Source: an uncultured Bacteroides sp.
GTDB lineage: Bacteria > Bacteroidota > Bacteroidia > Bacteroidales > UBA11471
Assembly (NCBI GenBank): GCA_963931635.1
Contig: OZ007034.1
Coordinates: 409,285 to 473,284, forward strand
Length of the DNA stretch: 64,000 bases
Direction of reading: 5' to 3'
The notes below the pieces were generated by a model. The model did not search any database. It was not told where the DNA came from and saw only the letters and a list, made by a program, of their open reading frames with translations. Position numbers and translations under genes: made by a program. Within the stretch, counting starts at the first letter, position 1; every line of letters starts with the position of its first letter. Below are positions 8,762 through 19,075 of the stretch, in pieces.

Positions 8762-10211
8762 GGTTCATCTGCCTGCGGGCGGCCAGTTCCATGGCCCGCA
8801 GACTGTCTTTATATGCATTGTTGCGGTTGATGCGTCCGGTATCGAGAGCCGCATCGGAATTTCCCTCCCAACGACGACACAGGTAGAGCGACTCGTAGAT
8901 GCGCCCTATGGGGTAGGTGCGCGAGAGGCGCAGCGCCACGGCATAATCTTCGCCGTAGCTTACATCGGGAAACGGACAGGCTCTCAGCAGCGGGGTATAA
9001 AAAGCACGGGGAGCTCCCAGTCCGTTGATGCGCAGGGCGTTGTTGTGCCCGTTCTCGGGGGTCCATTCGCGGTGGTCGATAAGTCCCGGAGGGAGGAGAT
9101 GCAGATTCCAGTCGGTGAGTTCGTAACTGCCCACCACCATGGCACACCGCTCCCGACGGAACGTCTCGACGATACGACTCAGCACATGAGCATCCTTGTA
9201 GAGGTCGTCGCTGTCGAGTTGCACGGCAAAGCGTCCGCAGGCCGGGTGGTTCACGGCATAATTCCAGCAGCCGCCGATGCCAAGGCCCACGGCCTCGGGT
9301 ATCAGGTGCAGCAACTGCGGAATCTCTCCGGCCAACGCTTGCAGAGCCGAAGTGGTACCGTCGGTCGAATGGTTGTCGACCACGATGATGTTATAGGAAA
9401 AATCGCCCTGCTGAGCCGCTGCCGAACGCACGGCATCGGCTATCGACCGCACCCGGTTGTAGACCGGTATCACCACCGATACATCGACGGGGAAGTCGCC
9501 CTTCTCATACTCCACGACACGCTGCACGGGTGGCAACCACGCCCCGACAGCCTGCAAATGGCGGGTACAGGCACGCTCCATCTCTATCTGCACAGCCCGG
9601 TTCCGGGGGTCGACATAGTCAAACTGCCGCTCGCCGGCCTGTCGGAGAAGCGGTCGCTCGCCGTAGAGCATCTCGCGCAAATGGAACAGGGCACCCCGAC
9701 GGGAGAGTCGCAAGCGAAGGTCGTAGAGAGCGGCATAGCGGTAGGAGATATCCATCTCCGAAACAGCGGAGAGAAAGGTATCGGCCCGAAGAAAAAGCAA
9801 CGTCCCCAGGTCGAAATCGTCTCGCAACGACCCTTCGTGATAATCGATACGGGGGTGAGGCGTGCGCGTTCCCTCCTCGTCGCGCCACGAATCGGCGTAA
9901 ACCAGCGGCGCACCCGTGTCGCCGGCAACCGCCAGCAAGCGGGAACAGAGATTACCCGACGGGAGAAATTCCATTCCGGGCAGGGCAATCAACAGAAAAC
10001 CCTCCTGCACCTCACGCGACATGCGGCGCAACGTGTCGGTCTCGTACAAGGAGGCGTGCCAAAGAGTGCAGCCGGGTATGTCGGCCGCATCGCCGGTCGC
10101 ACAGAGATAAACTGCCTTCACTTCCCGACACGAACGAAGCGCGTCGACCGAACGGCGAAACGCCGGCGTATCGGAGTAAGCGAGGAAACAGCAGATGTCG
10201 GTATTATTCAT
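8748..10211 (-). CDS. Family-2 glycosyltransferase with about 230-aa N-terminal extension
   Basis: GT2 signatures [10 protein letters not shown]...[12 protein letters not shown] and the QLDSDD motif lie in the C-terminal half. The start was set to the ATG at 10211 (MNNTDICCF), just after the murQ stop. Confidence 0.8.
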   Translation of the reverse strand: MNNTDICCFLAYSDTPAFRRSVDALRSCREVKAVYLCATGDAADIPGCTLWHASLYETDTLRRMSREVQEGFLLIALPGMEFLPSGNLCSRLLAVAGDTGAPLVYADSWRDEEGTRTPHPRIDYHEGSLRDDFDLGTLLFLRADTFLSAVSEMDISYRYAALYDLRLRLSRRGALFHLREMLYGERPLLRQAGERQFDYVDPRNRAVQIEMERACTRHLQAVGAWLPPVQRVVEYEKGDFPVDVSVVIPVYNRVRSIADAVRSAAAQQGDFSYNIIVVDNHSTDGTTSALQALAGEIPQLLHLIPEAVGLGIGGCWNYAVNHPACGRFAVQLDSDDLYKDAHVLSRIVETFRRERCAMVVGSYELTDWNLHLLPPGLIDHREWTPENGHNNALRINGLGAPRAFYTPLLRACPFPDVSYGEDYAVALRLSRTYPIGRIYESLYLCRRWEGNSDAALDTGRINRNNAYKDSLRAMELAARRQMNHETR

Positions 10212-11058
10212 GAGAAGAGGGTTTATGTACACCCGAGGCCACTCCGCTGCGGAATGCCTCCACGGCACGGCTCACCGAGCCGTGCTGCAACAGCAGCCCG
10301 CGGGCCTCGTCATACGGAAGCCCCGTCGACTCTACAATCATGCGGCTACCCCGGTCTATCAGTTTCTTATTGGTGAGTTGCATATGTACCATGCGGTTGT
10401 CTTCGACACGGCCCAATTCTATCATGGTCGACGTCGATATCATGTTGAGTACCAGTTTCTGTGCCGTACCGGCCTTCATGCGGGTGCTTCCGGTAACATA
10501 TTCGGGGCCGGTAACGACCTCGATGGGTATATCGGCCACTTGCGATACCGGTGCACCTGGATTGCAGGCAATCGATGCCGTGAGAATACCGGCCTCCCGA
10601 CAACGGCGCAGGGCCCCTATCACATAGGGGGTCGTTCCCGAGGCTGCTATGCCCACCACCGTATCGAGCGAGGTAATGTCATGAGCCTGCAACTCTTCCC
10701 ACCCTCTGATTTCTCCGTCTTCGGCCGACTCGACCGAGCGACGCAGTGCGGCGTCGCCTCCGGCAATCAGACCGATGACCCGGCCGGGCGGCATGCCATA
10801 CGTCGGGGGTATCTCCGACGCATCAAGCACCCCGAGACGACCACTCGTCCCGGCCCCCATATAGAAAAGCCGCCCGCCACGGCGCATCCGCGGCACAAGC
10901 TGCTCGACCAGACGGGTAATCTGCGGAATGGCCTTTTCCACCGCATCGGCTACTTTATGGTCTTCGGCATTGATTTCGGAGAGAATCTCACCCACCGGCT
11001 TCGTTTCGAGATGACGGTAGGGCGAGGGGTATTCGGTTATTTTCTGAAAGTCTTCCAT
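10204..11058 (-). CDS. murQ: N-acetylmuramic acid 6-phosphate etherase
   Basis: 284-aa SIS-domain protein. Motifs: [39 protein letters not shown]. Confidence 0.9.
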   Translation of the reverse strand: MEDFQKITEYPSPYRHLETKPVGEILSEINAEDHKVADAVEKAIPQITRLVEQLVPRMRRGGRLFYMGAGTSGRLGVLDASEIPPTYGMPPGRVIGLIAGGDAALRRSVESAEDGEIRGWEELQAHDITSLDTVVGIAASGTTPYVIGALRRCREAGILTASIACNPGAPVSQVADIPIEVVTGPEYVTGSTRMKAGTAQKLVLNMISTSTMIELGRVEDNRMVHMQLTNKKLIDRGSRMIVESTGLPYDEARGLLLQHGSVSRAVEAFRSGVASGVHKPSSHE

Positions 11059-11062
11059 ACGG

Positions 11063-11908
11063 CTATTCGGTCGTTCGTTGAGCGTGATACCGGGCCAGGG
11101 CCTCTCCGGGCGAGGGAAGGACAGTCGCCACCTCTACCGACAGCGAGCGGGCAACCTCACGCAGCACCCCGGCAAAATAATAGGCCACAGACCCGACAAA
11201 GTGTACCGGGAATTGGGTATAAGGATAGGTCAGTATGTTCCGCCGGAAGAAGGCTTCGAAACGACCGGCTACCAGTTGGCACACATAATCGTCGTCGAGA
11301 TGCTCGTGCAGGAACGGAGCGAAACGGGCCATAAAACGGTTGGGAAACGGACGCCGGTAGACGCTCTCCAAAAGTTCACCCTGAGACAGGGGATAGCGGT
11401 CGAAGAAGGGCTTGGCCACCGATTCGGGCAGGAGGCCCTTCATGGCATCGGACAAGAAATGCTTGCCCAGGTCGCTGCCGCTCCCCTCATCGCCGAGCAA
11501 ATATCCCAGCGAGAGGACGCTGCGCGTGAGTGTCCGTCCGTCGTAAAGGCCCGAGTTGGAACCTGTACCGAGAATCGCCACGATACCGGGAGCGTCGCCA
11601 CACAAGGCGCGGGCAGCCCCCAACAGGTCGCTGTGTACCTCGACCGTGTCGGCACCTATCACCCGGCGCAACTGGGCACAAAGCATCTCGGCCGGACGGC
11701 CCACACAACCGGCCCCGTAGAAAAAGATTTCGGTCATGCTTTCGACAGGCAACTCTTCCAGCACCTCACGGGTGAGAAGACGTCGTATCTCATCTTCGCT
11801 CAGAAGGTAAGGATTGAGACCTGCGGTGCGGAACGAGCGTTCGACACCCTCTTTGCCAACCAGCAACCACTCGGTTTTGGTCGACCCGCTATCGGCAATC
11901 AATATCAT
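11063..11908 (-). CDS. BadF/BadG/BcrA/BcrD-type ATPase, MurNAc/GlcNAc kinase-like
   Basis: The N-terminus MILIADSGSTKTEW and ILGTGSNS are sugar-kinase/ASKHA phosphate-binding motifs. The start was set to the ATG at 11908. It occupies the MurK-equivalent position next to murQ. Confidence 0.75.
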   Translation of the reverse strand: MILIADSGSTKTEWLLVGKEGVERSFRTAGLNPYLLSEDEIRRLLTREVLEELPVESMTEIFFYGAGCVGRPAEMLCAQLRRVIGADTVEVHSDLLGAARALCGDAPGIVAILGTGSNSGLYDGRTLTRSVLSLGYLLGDEGSGSDLGKHFLSDAMKGLLPESVAKPFFDRYPLSQGELLESVYRRPFPNRFMARFAPFLHEHLDDDYVCQLVAGRFEAFFRRNILTYPYTQFPVHFVGSVAYYFAGVLREVARSLSVEVATVLPSPGEALARYHAQRTTE

Positions 11909-11979
11909 AAATCCGGTATTTGTAATCCGCCGCAAGTTAATGATTTTTTCAGGAACATCGGGATCTGCCGGCGCAGAAA

Positions 11980-13293
11980 TCACCGATAATAGCAATCGAG
12001 CTCGGCACCGTGATAATAGTGGCGAAGTATCGCGCGATAATCGTACCCGCGGTGTGCCATGACGGCGGCACCTATCTGACACATTCCCACTCCGTGCCCC
12101 CAACCGGCACCGTCGAGAATAAAATCGGTACCCGAACGTCTCACGACAAAGGCCGAACTGTACAGGTGCGAAGGCGACAGTATACGCCTGATATAAAGCT
12201 CCTTGCCGACGTTCTTCTCGCACCGCGTACCGACGATACGCAGGCTGACGATGCGCCCCGAAGGGCCGCGCCGCAGCGGTTCGAGACGGGTTATCTCGCC
12301 AAAATCGATGCCCGAACGACGAGCCACCAACGCCGAAAGCTCGCGGGCCGAATAGCGGACCTGCCAGCGGAAAAAGTCGGGCGTCTCGCGATCGTAGCTG
12401 TTAAGCACCTGGGAGAGTATGGCCGCATCGGCCGTATGACAAAAGACATCGGGGCGGCTGTCGATAAAACGTTCGGCCTCCTGCTCCCGAGTGAGGTCGA
12501 CCCTCAGCCGGTCGTCGGGCGCATCGTAGACCGGTTGCAGATAGTCGTGCGGCTCGGGACCCCAGCAGTTTTCAAAACGCTCACTCACCCCGCCGCAACA
12601 TTTGGAGAAGCGGGCATCGCACACCTCGCCGCCATACATCAGCACTTCGCCGCGGGTCGCGGCCACCGCGCGGGAGACGTATGGCGTGGCCACGCGCGAG
12701 AGCCCATGGTAACGCTGGCAGTGGTCGTCGGCACAAACATCGAAGAGGGTGTGGTCGTCGCGGTCGTACCAGCAGACGATTTCGTCGGGCGTCTCTTCCC
12801 CCCGGGAGAAGCTGCGCACCGGAGCCGGCCGGCCGCTCAGGCGGGGCAACTGTGCCAGCAGCCAACTGCGGGAAACGACGGCGTGAGCCTTCAACAGTTC
12901 AAGCGAAGAGGTGGCACTCATCTCCGAAGAGATGACACTGGTGAGATAGGTTTCGAGCGGGACCTCGTTGACGGCATGAACCGTGGCTCCATGGGCCAGC
13001 AACTGCAAGATGCCGCAGAAGGTCTGGCACTCCTGCCGCTGCCAGTGGAAATCGACTCCGATGGTTACATGAGGCAGGTCGAAGAGCGACTCGGGACGGG
13101 AGGGTAAAAGACGCAACGTGTCGAACACCCGGCCGCCTACCGACACACCACGTCCGTCCGAAGCGGGACAGGCCCGGTATTCACCGGCAGGGAAAGCCTC
13201 TCCTGCGGGGGTGTAGAAGGTATCGCGCAGGCGGAAATCGACAGCATCACCCCGCTGCACACCGACGGTTATATAGGGTTCCTTATCTATCAT
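11980..13293 (-). CDS. SpoIID/LytB-domain protein (amidase-enhancer-like)
   Basis: 437 aa. The C-terminal motif GWGHGVGMCQIGA is typical of the SpoIID/LytB family. Confidence 0.75.
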   Translation of the reverse strand: MIDKEPYITVGVQRGDAVDFRLRDTFYTPAGEAFPAGEYRACPASDGRGVSVGGRVFDTLRLLPSRPESLFDLPHVTIGVDFHWQRQECQTFCGILQLLAHGATVHAVNEVPLETYLTSVISSEMSATSSLELLKAHAVVSRSWLLAQLPRLSGRPAPVRSFSRGEETPDEIVCWYDRDDHTLFDVCADDHCQRYHGLSRVATPYVSRAVAATRGEVLMYGGEVCDARFSKCCGGVSERFENCWGPEPHDYLQPVYDAPDDRLRVDLTREQEAERFIDSRPDVFCHTADAAILSQVLNSYDRETPDFFRWQVRYSARELSALVARRSGIDFGEITRLEPLRRGPSGRIVSLRIVGTRCEKNVGKELYIRRILSPSHLYSSAFVVRRSGTDFILDGAGWGHGVGMCQIGAAVMAHRGYDYRAILRHYYHGAELDCYYR

Positions 13294-14765
13294 TTCCGAG
13301 CGAGTTGTCCGGAGAATGTCGGCCGGCCCACCGACAGAAGCATCAATCCGGCAAATGTTATCAATCCGTTAAGCATCAACAGTTCATACCCCATCTGATA
13401 GCCGAAAGCTCCGGCAAGCCACCGTTGCAGCGCATAACAGAGTATGGGAGAGAGCAGCGCCACCCAAGGCACATAGCGGTCGCGGGGAGATCCTTTCATG
13501 AAAAGGCCGTAGACAAAAAGCCCCAGCAACGGGCCGTAGGTATAGCCGGCTATGGTGTAGATGGCGTCTATCACACTGGTATCGTTAAGGGCCTCGATTA
13601 CACAGATAATGAGGAAGAAAAGCAACGAAATGCCCACATGGGCCCGCTTGCGCAGGGTTACCGCCTCGGCGGCCGAGCGCCGGTTTACTCCCAGCAAATC
13701 GACACAGAACGATGTGGTGAGTGCCGTCAAGGCCGAGTCGGCACTCGAAAAGGCGGCGGCCACGATACCGATACTGAACAGCAGCAAGACCCCGAAGCCG
13801 AGATAGTCGGTCGCCATCAGGGGCAGGAGCTCATCGGTCTTGGAGGGCAAGGCGATACCCGCCTGTCCGGCATAGGCCACCAGCAGGATTCCCAACACAA
13901 GAAAGAGCAGATTGACCGGGACAAAGGCCGTGCCATAGATATACATATTCTTCTGCGCCTCCCGCAACGTGCGTATCGAGAGATTCTTCTGCATGATATC
14001 CTGGTCGAGGCCCGACATCACTATGGTGATGAAGATGCCGCTGAAAAACTGTTTGAAGAAGTTCTGTTTCGACTGCCAGTCGTCAAAGACGAATACACGT
14101 TCGAGCCCACTCGCGCGTACCGTATCGACCACCCCTTGCACGTCGAGATGCATTCGCGTCATGAGCTGTGCCAGGATAAGCAGCAGGGTCCCTATCATGA
14201 AAACCGTCTGCAAGGCATCGGTGCGCACAATCGTGCGCATACCGCTACGGTGGGAATAGAGCCAGATGAGCAGCACCACCGCCAGAGCCGTGGCCCAAAA
14301 GGGTATGTTCCAGCCGGCCAGGACGATGCGCTGCAAAATAAGCACCACAAGATAGAGCCGTGCGGCTGCGCCTATTATCTTGGAGATAAAAAAGAAAACG
14401 GCACCTGTCTTGTGGGAACAGAGGCCGAAACGGTGTTCGAGGTAGGTGTATATCGAGGTGAGGCCGAGGCGGTAATAGAGGGGCAGCAGAATTTTGGCTA
14501 TGGCTATGTAGCCCACGACAAAGCCCAGGACCATCTGCATGTAGGTCATTTCTATGGTCAAGGGCATACCGGGAACCGAAATGAATGTTACCCCCGATAT
14601 GGAGGTGCCTATCATTCCTATGGCCACCAGCCACCAGGGTGAAGATTTTCCGGCCAGGAAGAAGTTGCTGTTGTCGTCGGACTTTCCGCCCGAGAAACGG
14701 CCGATAAGCAGCAGCACGGCAAAATAGGCTGCCAGTATGAGGAGTAGGATTATCCCGTTGTTCAT
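13290..14765 (-). CDS. Sodium:solute symporter-family transporter (MurT-equivalent position)
   Basis: About 490-aa polytopic membrane protein and first gene of the MurNAc operon. The start was set to the ATG at 14765 (MNNGIILLL); the ORF track begins at 14810. Confidence 0.75.
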   Translation of the reverse strand: MNNGIILLLILAAYFAVLLLIGRFSGGKSDDNSNFFLAGKSSPWWLVAIGMIGTSISGVTFISVPGMPLTIEMTYMQMVLGFVVGYIAIAKILLPLYYRLGLTSIYTYLEHRFGLCSHKTGAVFFFISKIIGAAARLYLVVLILQRIVLAGWNIPFWATALAVVLLIWLYSHRSGMRTIVRTDALQTVFMIGTLLLILAQLMTRMHLDVQGVVDTVRASGLERVFVFDDWQSKQNFFKQFFSGIFITIVMSGLDQDIMQKNLSIRTLREAQKNMYIYGTAFVPVNLLFLVLGILLVAYAGQAGIALPSKTDELLPLMATDYLGFGVLLLFSIGIVAAAFSSADSALTALTTSFCVDLLGVNRRSAAEAVTLRKRAHVGISLLFFLIICVIEALNDTSVIDAIYTIAGYTYGPLLGLFVYGLFMKGSPRDRYVPWVALLSPILCYALQRWLAGAFGYQMGYELLMLNGLITFAGLMLLSVGRPTFSGQLARK

Positions 14766-14854
14766 CGTATCGTCAGAGCCGGCAGGCGAGGTATCGACCG
14801 GCCGTTTCATAAACCGGGAGCGACCGCAGCTGCGGCATCGGTTTCAGGTGTTTT

Positions 14855-15610
14855 TCAGTTCTGTTTGAAATAGTAGGTAATGGTGCCCCATTGATTCTCG
14901 TTGCCCGAAGCCTTGTGCTCAAAGACGGCACGGCGGGCGGCCGCTTCGGCACGACTGCGCAAGGTGGCGTTGGAGGCAGCGGTACCTTTGCTGCCCGAGG
15001 GAGTAACGTTGGCCTGTACCACCTGACCACGGGGGTCGACCAGCACCTCTACGACGATGGTTCCCTCATCGTTGGTGCCTGTATATTCGGGCTTGGGCAG
15101 ACTTCCCACCAGCCCTCTCCCGCCCAAGTCATAGTCGCCATAACCGGGCGAACCGACAGTGGCACCCGAGGGAGCGGTACCTTGGGGTGAGCCTTTACGG
15201 CGATTGTCGGCGGCGATACTGTCGGCCGTCTTTCCCTTGTTGAGAGCGCTGGCCCACAAGTCATCTATCTGCGAAGTTTCGGGCTCGGGCTGCGGCTGCG
15301 GGGTGTTTTCGGTGGGAGCAACTGTCTTTTCGGGCTCGGGCTTCTTTTCGTCGAGAGCGACCGTCTCTTCGATGTCCTGCGTAACAACGGGCTCGGCTTC
15401 GACCGGACGCGGACGGGGTGCTGCCACTGCGGGGGTGAACGTGCCGGCATCGGCATCGACGACACCCAGTTGCAACACGACACCGCTGCCGTCGTCTTCG
15501 GTAATCACCGGAGCCGACAGGGTGTAAAACAGCAGCAGCAACAAGATGGCGGCGTGAACGACAACCGTTACTGCCAGTGCGACCGTCCGATTTTTATTTT
15601 CTGCTTCCAC
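14855..15610 (-). CDS. tonB: TonB-family energy transducer
   Basis: An N-terminal TM anchor is followed by a Pro/Glu-rich spacer (PQPQPEPE) and a C-terminal TonB-like domain. It sits downstream of exbB-exbD. Confidence 0.8.
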   Translation of the reverse strand: MEAENKNRTVALAVTVVVHAAILLLLLFYTLSAPVITEDDGSGVVLQLGVVDADAGTFTPAVAAPRPRPVEAEPVVTQDIEETVALDEKKPEPEKTVAPTENTPQPQPEPETSQIDDLWASALNKGKTADSIAADNRRKGSPQGTAPSGATVGSPGYGDYDLGGRGLVGSLPKPEYTGTNDEGTIVVEVLVDPRGQVVQANVTPSGSKGTAASNATLRSRAEAAARRAVFEHKASGNENQWGTITYYFKQN

Positions 15611-15620
15611 GTCGTAGGGG

Positions 15621-16034
15621 TTACTCTTTTACAGGTTGTGTGGCCAAGACCATGCGCAACTGGTTGTCATTGGCGATATTGAGGACTTTCATGATTTCGC
15701 GGTAAGGTACGCTTTCATCGGCATAGAGGGCAAAATACATTTCGGGGTCCTGATTGCGGGCTTCGGTCAGGTAGGCGGGCAATTCTTCGTAGGCCACCTT
15801 CACGGCTTTGGCTTTTCCCACCGAAACGTAGTAATTGAGCGACGCGTCGATGGTTACGCGAGCCAACGGCTTGACGGTAGTCTGCTGCTTGCTCTGCGGG
15901 AGGTTGACCTTTATGGCGTTGGGGAATACAAAGGTCGATGTTACCATGAAGAAGATGAGCAACAGAAATATTACGTCGGTCATCGAAGCCATGCTGAAAG
16001 AGGCCTCGATGCGGTTTTTGCGTTTAAGAGCCAT
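15621..16034 (-). CDS. exbD: Biopolymer transport protein ExbD/TolR
   Basis: 137 aa. The N-terminal TM region reads MTDVIFLLLIFFMV, typical of ExbD. Confidence 0.85.
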   Translation of the reverse strand: MALKRKNRIEASFSMASMTDVIFLLLIFFMVTSTFVFPNAIKVNLPQSKQQTTVKPLARVTIDASLNYYVSVGKAKAVKVAYEELPAYLTEARNQDPEMYFALYADESVPYREIMKVLNIANDNQLRMVLATQPVKE

Positions 16035-16051
16035 AATGCGTTCTCCTCATT

Positions 16052-16765
16052 CTATTTCTTGTTGGCCGGCTCGTTGAGCAGATCCATAAATTCCATGGTG
16101 CTGGCTTCGAGCTGGTTGACAACCGTATTGACCCGTGAAACCAGATAGTTGTAGGCAAACATGGCTATGATGCCCACTACCAGACCGGCTACCGTAGTAA
16201 CCAAAGCTTCGTAGATACCGCTCGACAGCGTGGTGATGTCGGCCGCTTCGCCGGCAGCCGCCATGCTGTAAAACGCATTCACCATACCGGTAACCGTACC
16301 GAGGAACCCGAGCATGGGGGCACCGGCGGCGGTAGTGGCTATCCAGGTAAAGCGGCGTTCGAGCTTGGCCACCTCGATGTTTCCCACGTTTTCGATGGCC
16401 ACCAGCACATCGTTCATGGGACGCCCCAGCCGGGTGATGCCTTTCTCGACGAGACGGGCAACCGGTGTGGGATTTTTCTTGCAGAGGTTCAAGGCCGAGT
16501 CGATGTCGCCGGCGTGAATGTAATCCTTGATGCGCTGCATGAAGGTGTCGTCTTGCCGGGCGGCGTCGCGCAACACGAGCAGACGCTCGACAAAGATGTA
16601 TATCGTAACCAGGGAGAGGAGAACGATGGGTATCATGATGAATCCGCCTTTGAGCGAAAGCGACCACAGGTTCAACGGCGGAACGGCGGTCTGTGCTTCG
16701 AGAGCGGCAGCCTGCACGGGCTCGACCACGGCGGTCTGAGCCAGGAGAGAGAGCATAAAAGTCAT
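16052..16765 (-). CDS. exbB: MotA/TolQ/ExbB proton-channel protein
   Basis: 237 aa with three TM segments. The conserved C-terminal region reads GAPMLGFLGTVTGMV...ALVTTVAGLVVGI. Confidence 0.85.
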   Translation of the reverse strand: MTFMLSLLAQTAVVEPVQAAALEAQTAVPPLNLWSLSLKGGFIMIPIVLLSLVTIYIFVERLLVLRDAARQDDTFMQRIKDYIHAGDIDSALNLCKKNPTPVARLVEKGITRLGRPMNDVLVAIENVGNIEVAKLERRFTWIATTAAGAPMLGFLGTVTGMVNAFYSMAAAGEAADITTLSSGIYEALVTTVAGLVVGIIAMFAYNYLVSRVNTVVNQLEASTMEFMDLLNEPANKK

Positions 16766-16804
16766 GGTAAGTGTTTTTATTATTCGAACAGCGGTTATAT
16801 ATTT

Positions 16805-17518
16805 TTATTTCAGACAATCGAGATATCGGTGTATCGTCTCTTCGAGCCCATAATAGAGCGCATCGCATATCAAGGCGTGTCCTATCGACACCTCATCGAG
16901 ATGTGGCACCTGCTCGTGGAAATAACGCAGATTTTCGAGGTTGAGGTCATGCCCGGCATTTACCCCCATACCCAGTTTATGAGCCAGCTTGGCAGCTTCG
17001 ACAAACGGGGCTACGGCTTTCTCGCGGTCGGCAGCATAGCCCGAGGCATAGGGCTCGGTATACAACTCGATACGGTCGGTACCCGTCTTGGCAGCCCACT
17101 CAATCATTTCGAGGTCGGCGTCGACGAATATCGACGTGCGTATGCCGGCATGATTGAAACGGTCGACCGTCTCGCTGAGGAAGTCGAAGTTCTTGCGGGT
17201 ATCCCACCCGGCATTGGAGGTTATGGCATCGGCGGCATCGGGTACCATGGTTACTTGTGCCGGCTTTACCTGCAAGACAAGATCGATAAAGCGACCGATG
17301 GGATTGCCCTCGATGTTGAATTCGGTGTGAAGGGCCGGACGCAAAGCATATACGTCGGCATAACGGATATGGCGTTCGTCGGGCCGCGGGTGCACCGTGA
17401 TACCTTGCGCGCCAAACTGCTCACAATCGATAGCCACTTTCAGTACGTCGGGAATCTGTCCCCCACGGGCATTCCGCAAAGTGGCGACTTTGTTTATGTT
17501 CACGCTGAGTTGTGTCAT
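16805..17518 (-). CDS. pdxJ: Pyridoxine 5'-phosphate synthase
   Basis: Motifs [28 protein letters not shown] and NAGHDLN. The start was set to the ATG at 17518. Confidence 0.9.
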   Translation of the reverse strand: MTQLSVNINKVATLRNARGGQIPDVLKVAIDCEQFGAQGITVHPRPDERHIRYADVYALRPALHTEFNIEGNPIGRFIDLVLQVKPAQVTMVPDAADAITSNAGWDTRKNFDFLSETVDRFNHAGIRTSIFVDADLEMIEWAAKTGTDRIELYTEPYASGYAADREKAVAPFVEAAKLAHKLGMGVNAGHDLNLENLRYFHEQVPHLDEVSIGHALICDALYYGLEETIHRYLDCLK

Positions 17519-17699
17519 GATACAATAGAGATTATTCCGTTTTTTTAAATTTCCGCATAGGCGGGAAGTATATTTTTGACTATTTTTGTCGTCAAAATAT
17601 ATTCGCAAAAATAATAGCTTTTGCTCAATTCTGAAAAAAACTATTCCACATTTGCATTATATTTCGTAAAAATTCCACACAAACCGTCATCGTCAAATC

Positions 17700-18569
17700 A
17701 TGCGCATTGTCATTTTCGGAAAATCATACGCCTCAGACCGGAAAGAGGAGATACGAGCCATATTCTCTTCACTGGAAACCTATTCACCCGAACTTCTCAT
17801 CGACCGGGAGTTTGCCACTCTTCTGCACAAAATGGGCGTGAAAACTCCCGAAGCCACCCTCGTTGCCGACAATGATTTCGAGGCCGACCTGGCCCTGAGC
17901 CTCGGCGGCGACGGCACCTTCCTGAAAACAGCCGAGCGCATCGGCGACAAAGAGATTCCCATTCTCGGCGTGAACCTTGGCCGCATGGGCTTCCTGGCCG
18001 ACGTACAGTGCTGCGAAACGGCGCAGGCCATCGACGAAATCATGGCAGGCCACTACCACATCGAAGAACGCACACTGCTGCACGTCATCGATGGCAGCCG
18101 GGCGGCCTGGCCCTTTGCCCTGAACGAGGTGGCCGTGCTGAAACTCGACACCTCATCGATGATTACCATACACGCCTACCTCGACGGCACATTTCTCAAC
18201 ACCTATCAGGCCGACGGGCTGCTGGTGTCCACGCCTACCGGATCGACCGGCTACTCACTGAGCGTTGGTGGCCCCATCGTGGCCCCGAACGCCTCAAACT
18301 TCATCATCAACCCGGTTGCCCCGCACAGCCTCAACGTAAGGCCTCTCATCATCGACGACAACGCCGAGATAACCTTGGTGGCCGAAGGCCGCAACCGCCA
18401 TTTCCTCGTCAGCCTCGACGGCCGTTCCGAAGAGAAACATTCGGGCGAAAGCATCACACTGCGGAAAGCCGCTTTCTCGACGCACGTCGTCAAACGCGAC
18501 AAACAGGTCTTCGCCGATGTGCTGCGCAAAAAACTGCTATGGGGCGCCGATACAAGGAGCAACCTGTAA
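17700..18569 (+). CDS. nadK: NAD kinase
   Basis: 289 aa. Motifs: GGDGT (LSLGGDGTFL), NLGRMGFL, STPTGSTGYSLS. Confidence 0.9.
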   Translation: MRIVIFGKSYASDRKEEIRAIFSSLETYSPELLIDREFATLLHKMGVKTPEATLVADNDFEADLALSLGGDGTFLKTAERIGDKEIPILGVNLGRMGFLADVQCCETAQAIDEIMAGHYHIEERTLLHVIDGSRAAWPFALNEVAVLKLDTSSMITIHAYLDGTFLNTYQADGLLVSTPTGSTGYSLSVGGPIVAPNASNFIINPVAPHSLNVRPLIIDDNAEITLVAEGRNRHFLVSLDGRSEEKHSGESITLRKAAFSTHVVKRDKQVFADVLRKKLLWGADTRSNL

Positions 18570-18701
18570 CCCGCAACATTCCATCTTTCCGCCATATCGC
18601 TTTGGGGTGGAACGACAAGTAATAAAACCATTTATTTAGTTTTATTAACTAAATAAATCATTCATTATGCTCTAAAAGAATAAAAACCATACAAAATTTA
18701 C

Positions 18702-18709
18702 TACTTTTG
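18702..18709 (+). promoter_or_regulatory. -7 promoter box TACTTTTG
   Basis: Exact TAnnTTTG, about 25 nt upstream of the ATG at 18735. Confidence 0.4.
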
Positions 18710-18734
18710 TCATACAAGATAAAAATTGTTTTGT

Positions 18735-19055
18735 ATGACAAACAAAAAGCCTTCGAGAAAAGAACTTGCCGCACTCCTGCAAACCTTGATTATTCTGGCC
18801 GGAGACAACGCCTCCTGCTCCAAAGAAAAACACAACATCATCGAAAGTATTTGCAAAAAATATGATTTCTACCCCGAGGTACTGGAAATAACCTCGGTAG
18901 ATCCTTGCGACGTATTTGCCCACATAGAAGAGATGGAGGTAAGACTGCAATTTGCCAGCCATCTCATCTCTCTAGTCGAAGCCGGAAACGAAGAATACAT
19001 CGACGCCCACCATCTCTCCTACTTATCAAAACTTCTCTCTATTCTCAGCCAATAA
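18735..19055 (+). CDS. Hypothetical small helical protein (106 aa)
   Basis: Intact ORF with its own -7 box, followed closely by the next gene. I recognised no motif. Confidence 0.5.
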   Translation: MTNKKPSRKELAALLQTLIILAGDNASCSKEKHNIIESICKKYDFYPEVLEITSVDPCDVFAHIEEMEVRLQFASHLISLVEAGNEEYIDAHHLSYLSKLLSILSQ

Positions 19056-19075
19056 AAAAGTTGTACATTTGCGGC

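Noticed and set aside
16047-16868. 273-aa Arg-rich minus-strand ORF overlapping exbB in another frame (similarly 18008-18622 overlapping nadK)
   Set aside because: It is an alternative frame of genes with clear family motifs. The extreme Arg/His/Gly composition is typical of an out-of-frame read of GC-rich coding sequence.
18630-18658. Perfect 12-bp AT-only palindrome ATTTATTTAGTT/AACTAAATAAAT after nadK
   Set aside because: An all-A/T stem is too weak to call a terminator with confidence, and nothing links it to a regulator. It is probably a weak bidirectional terminator or a chance AT-rich symmetry.
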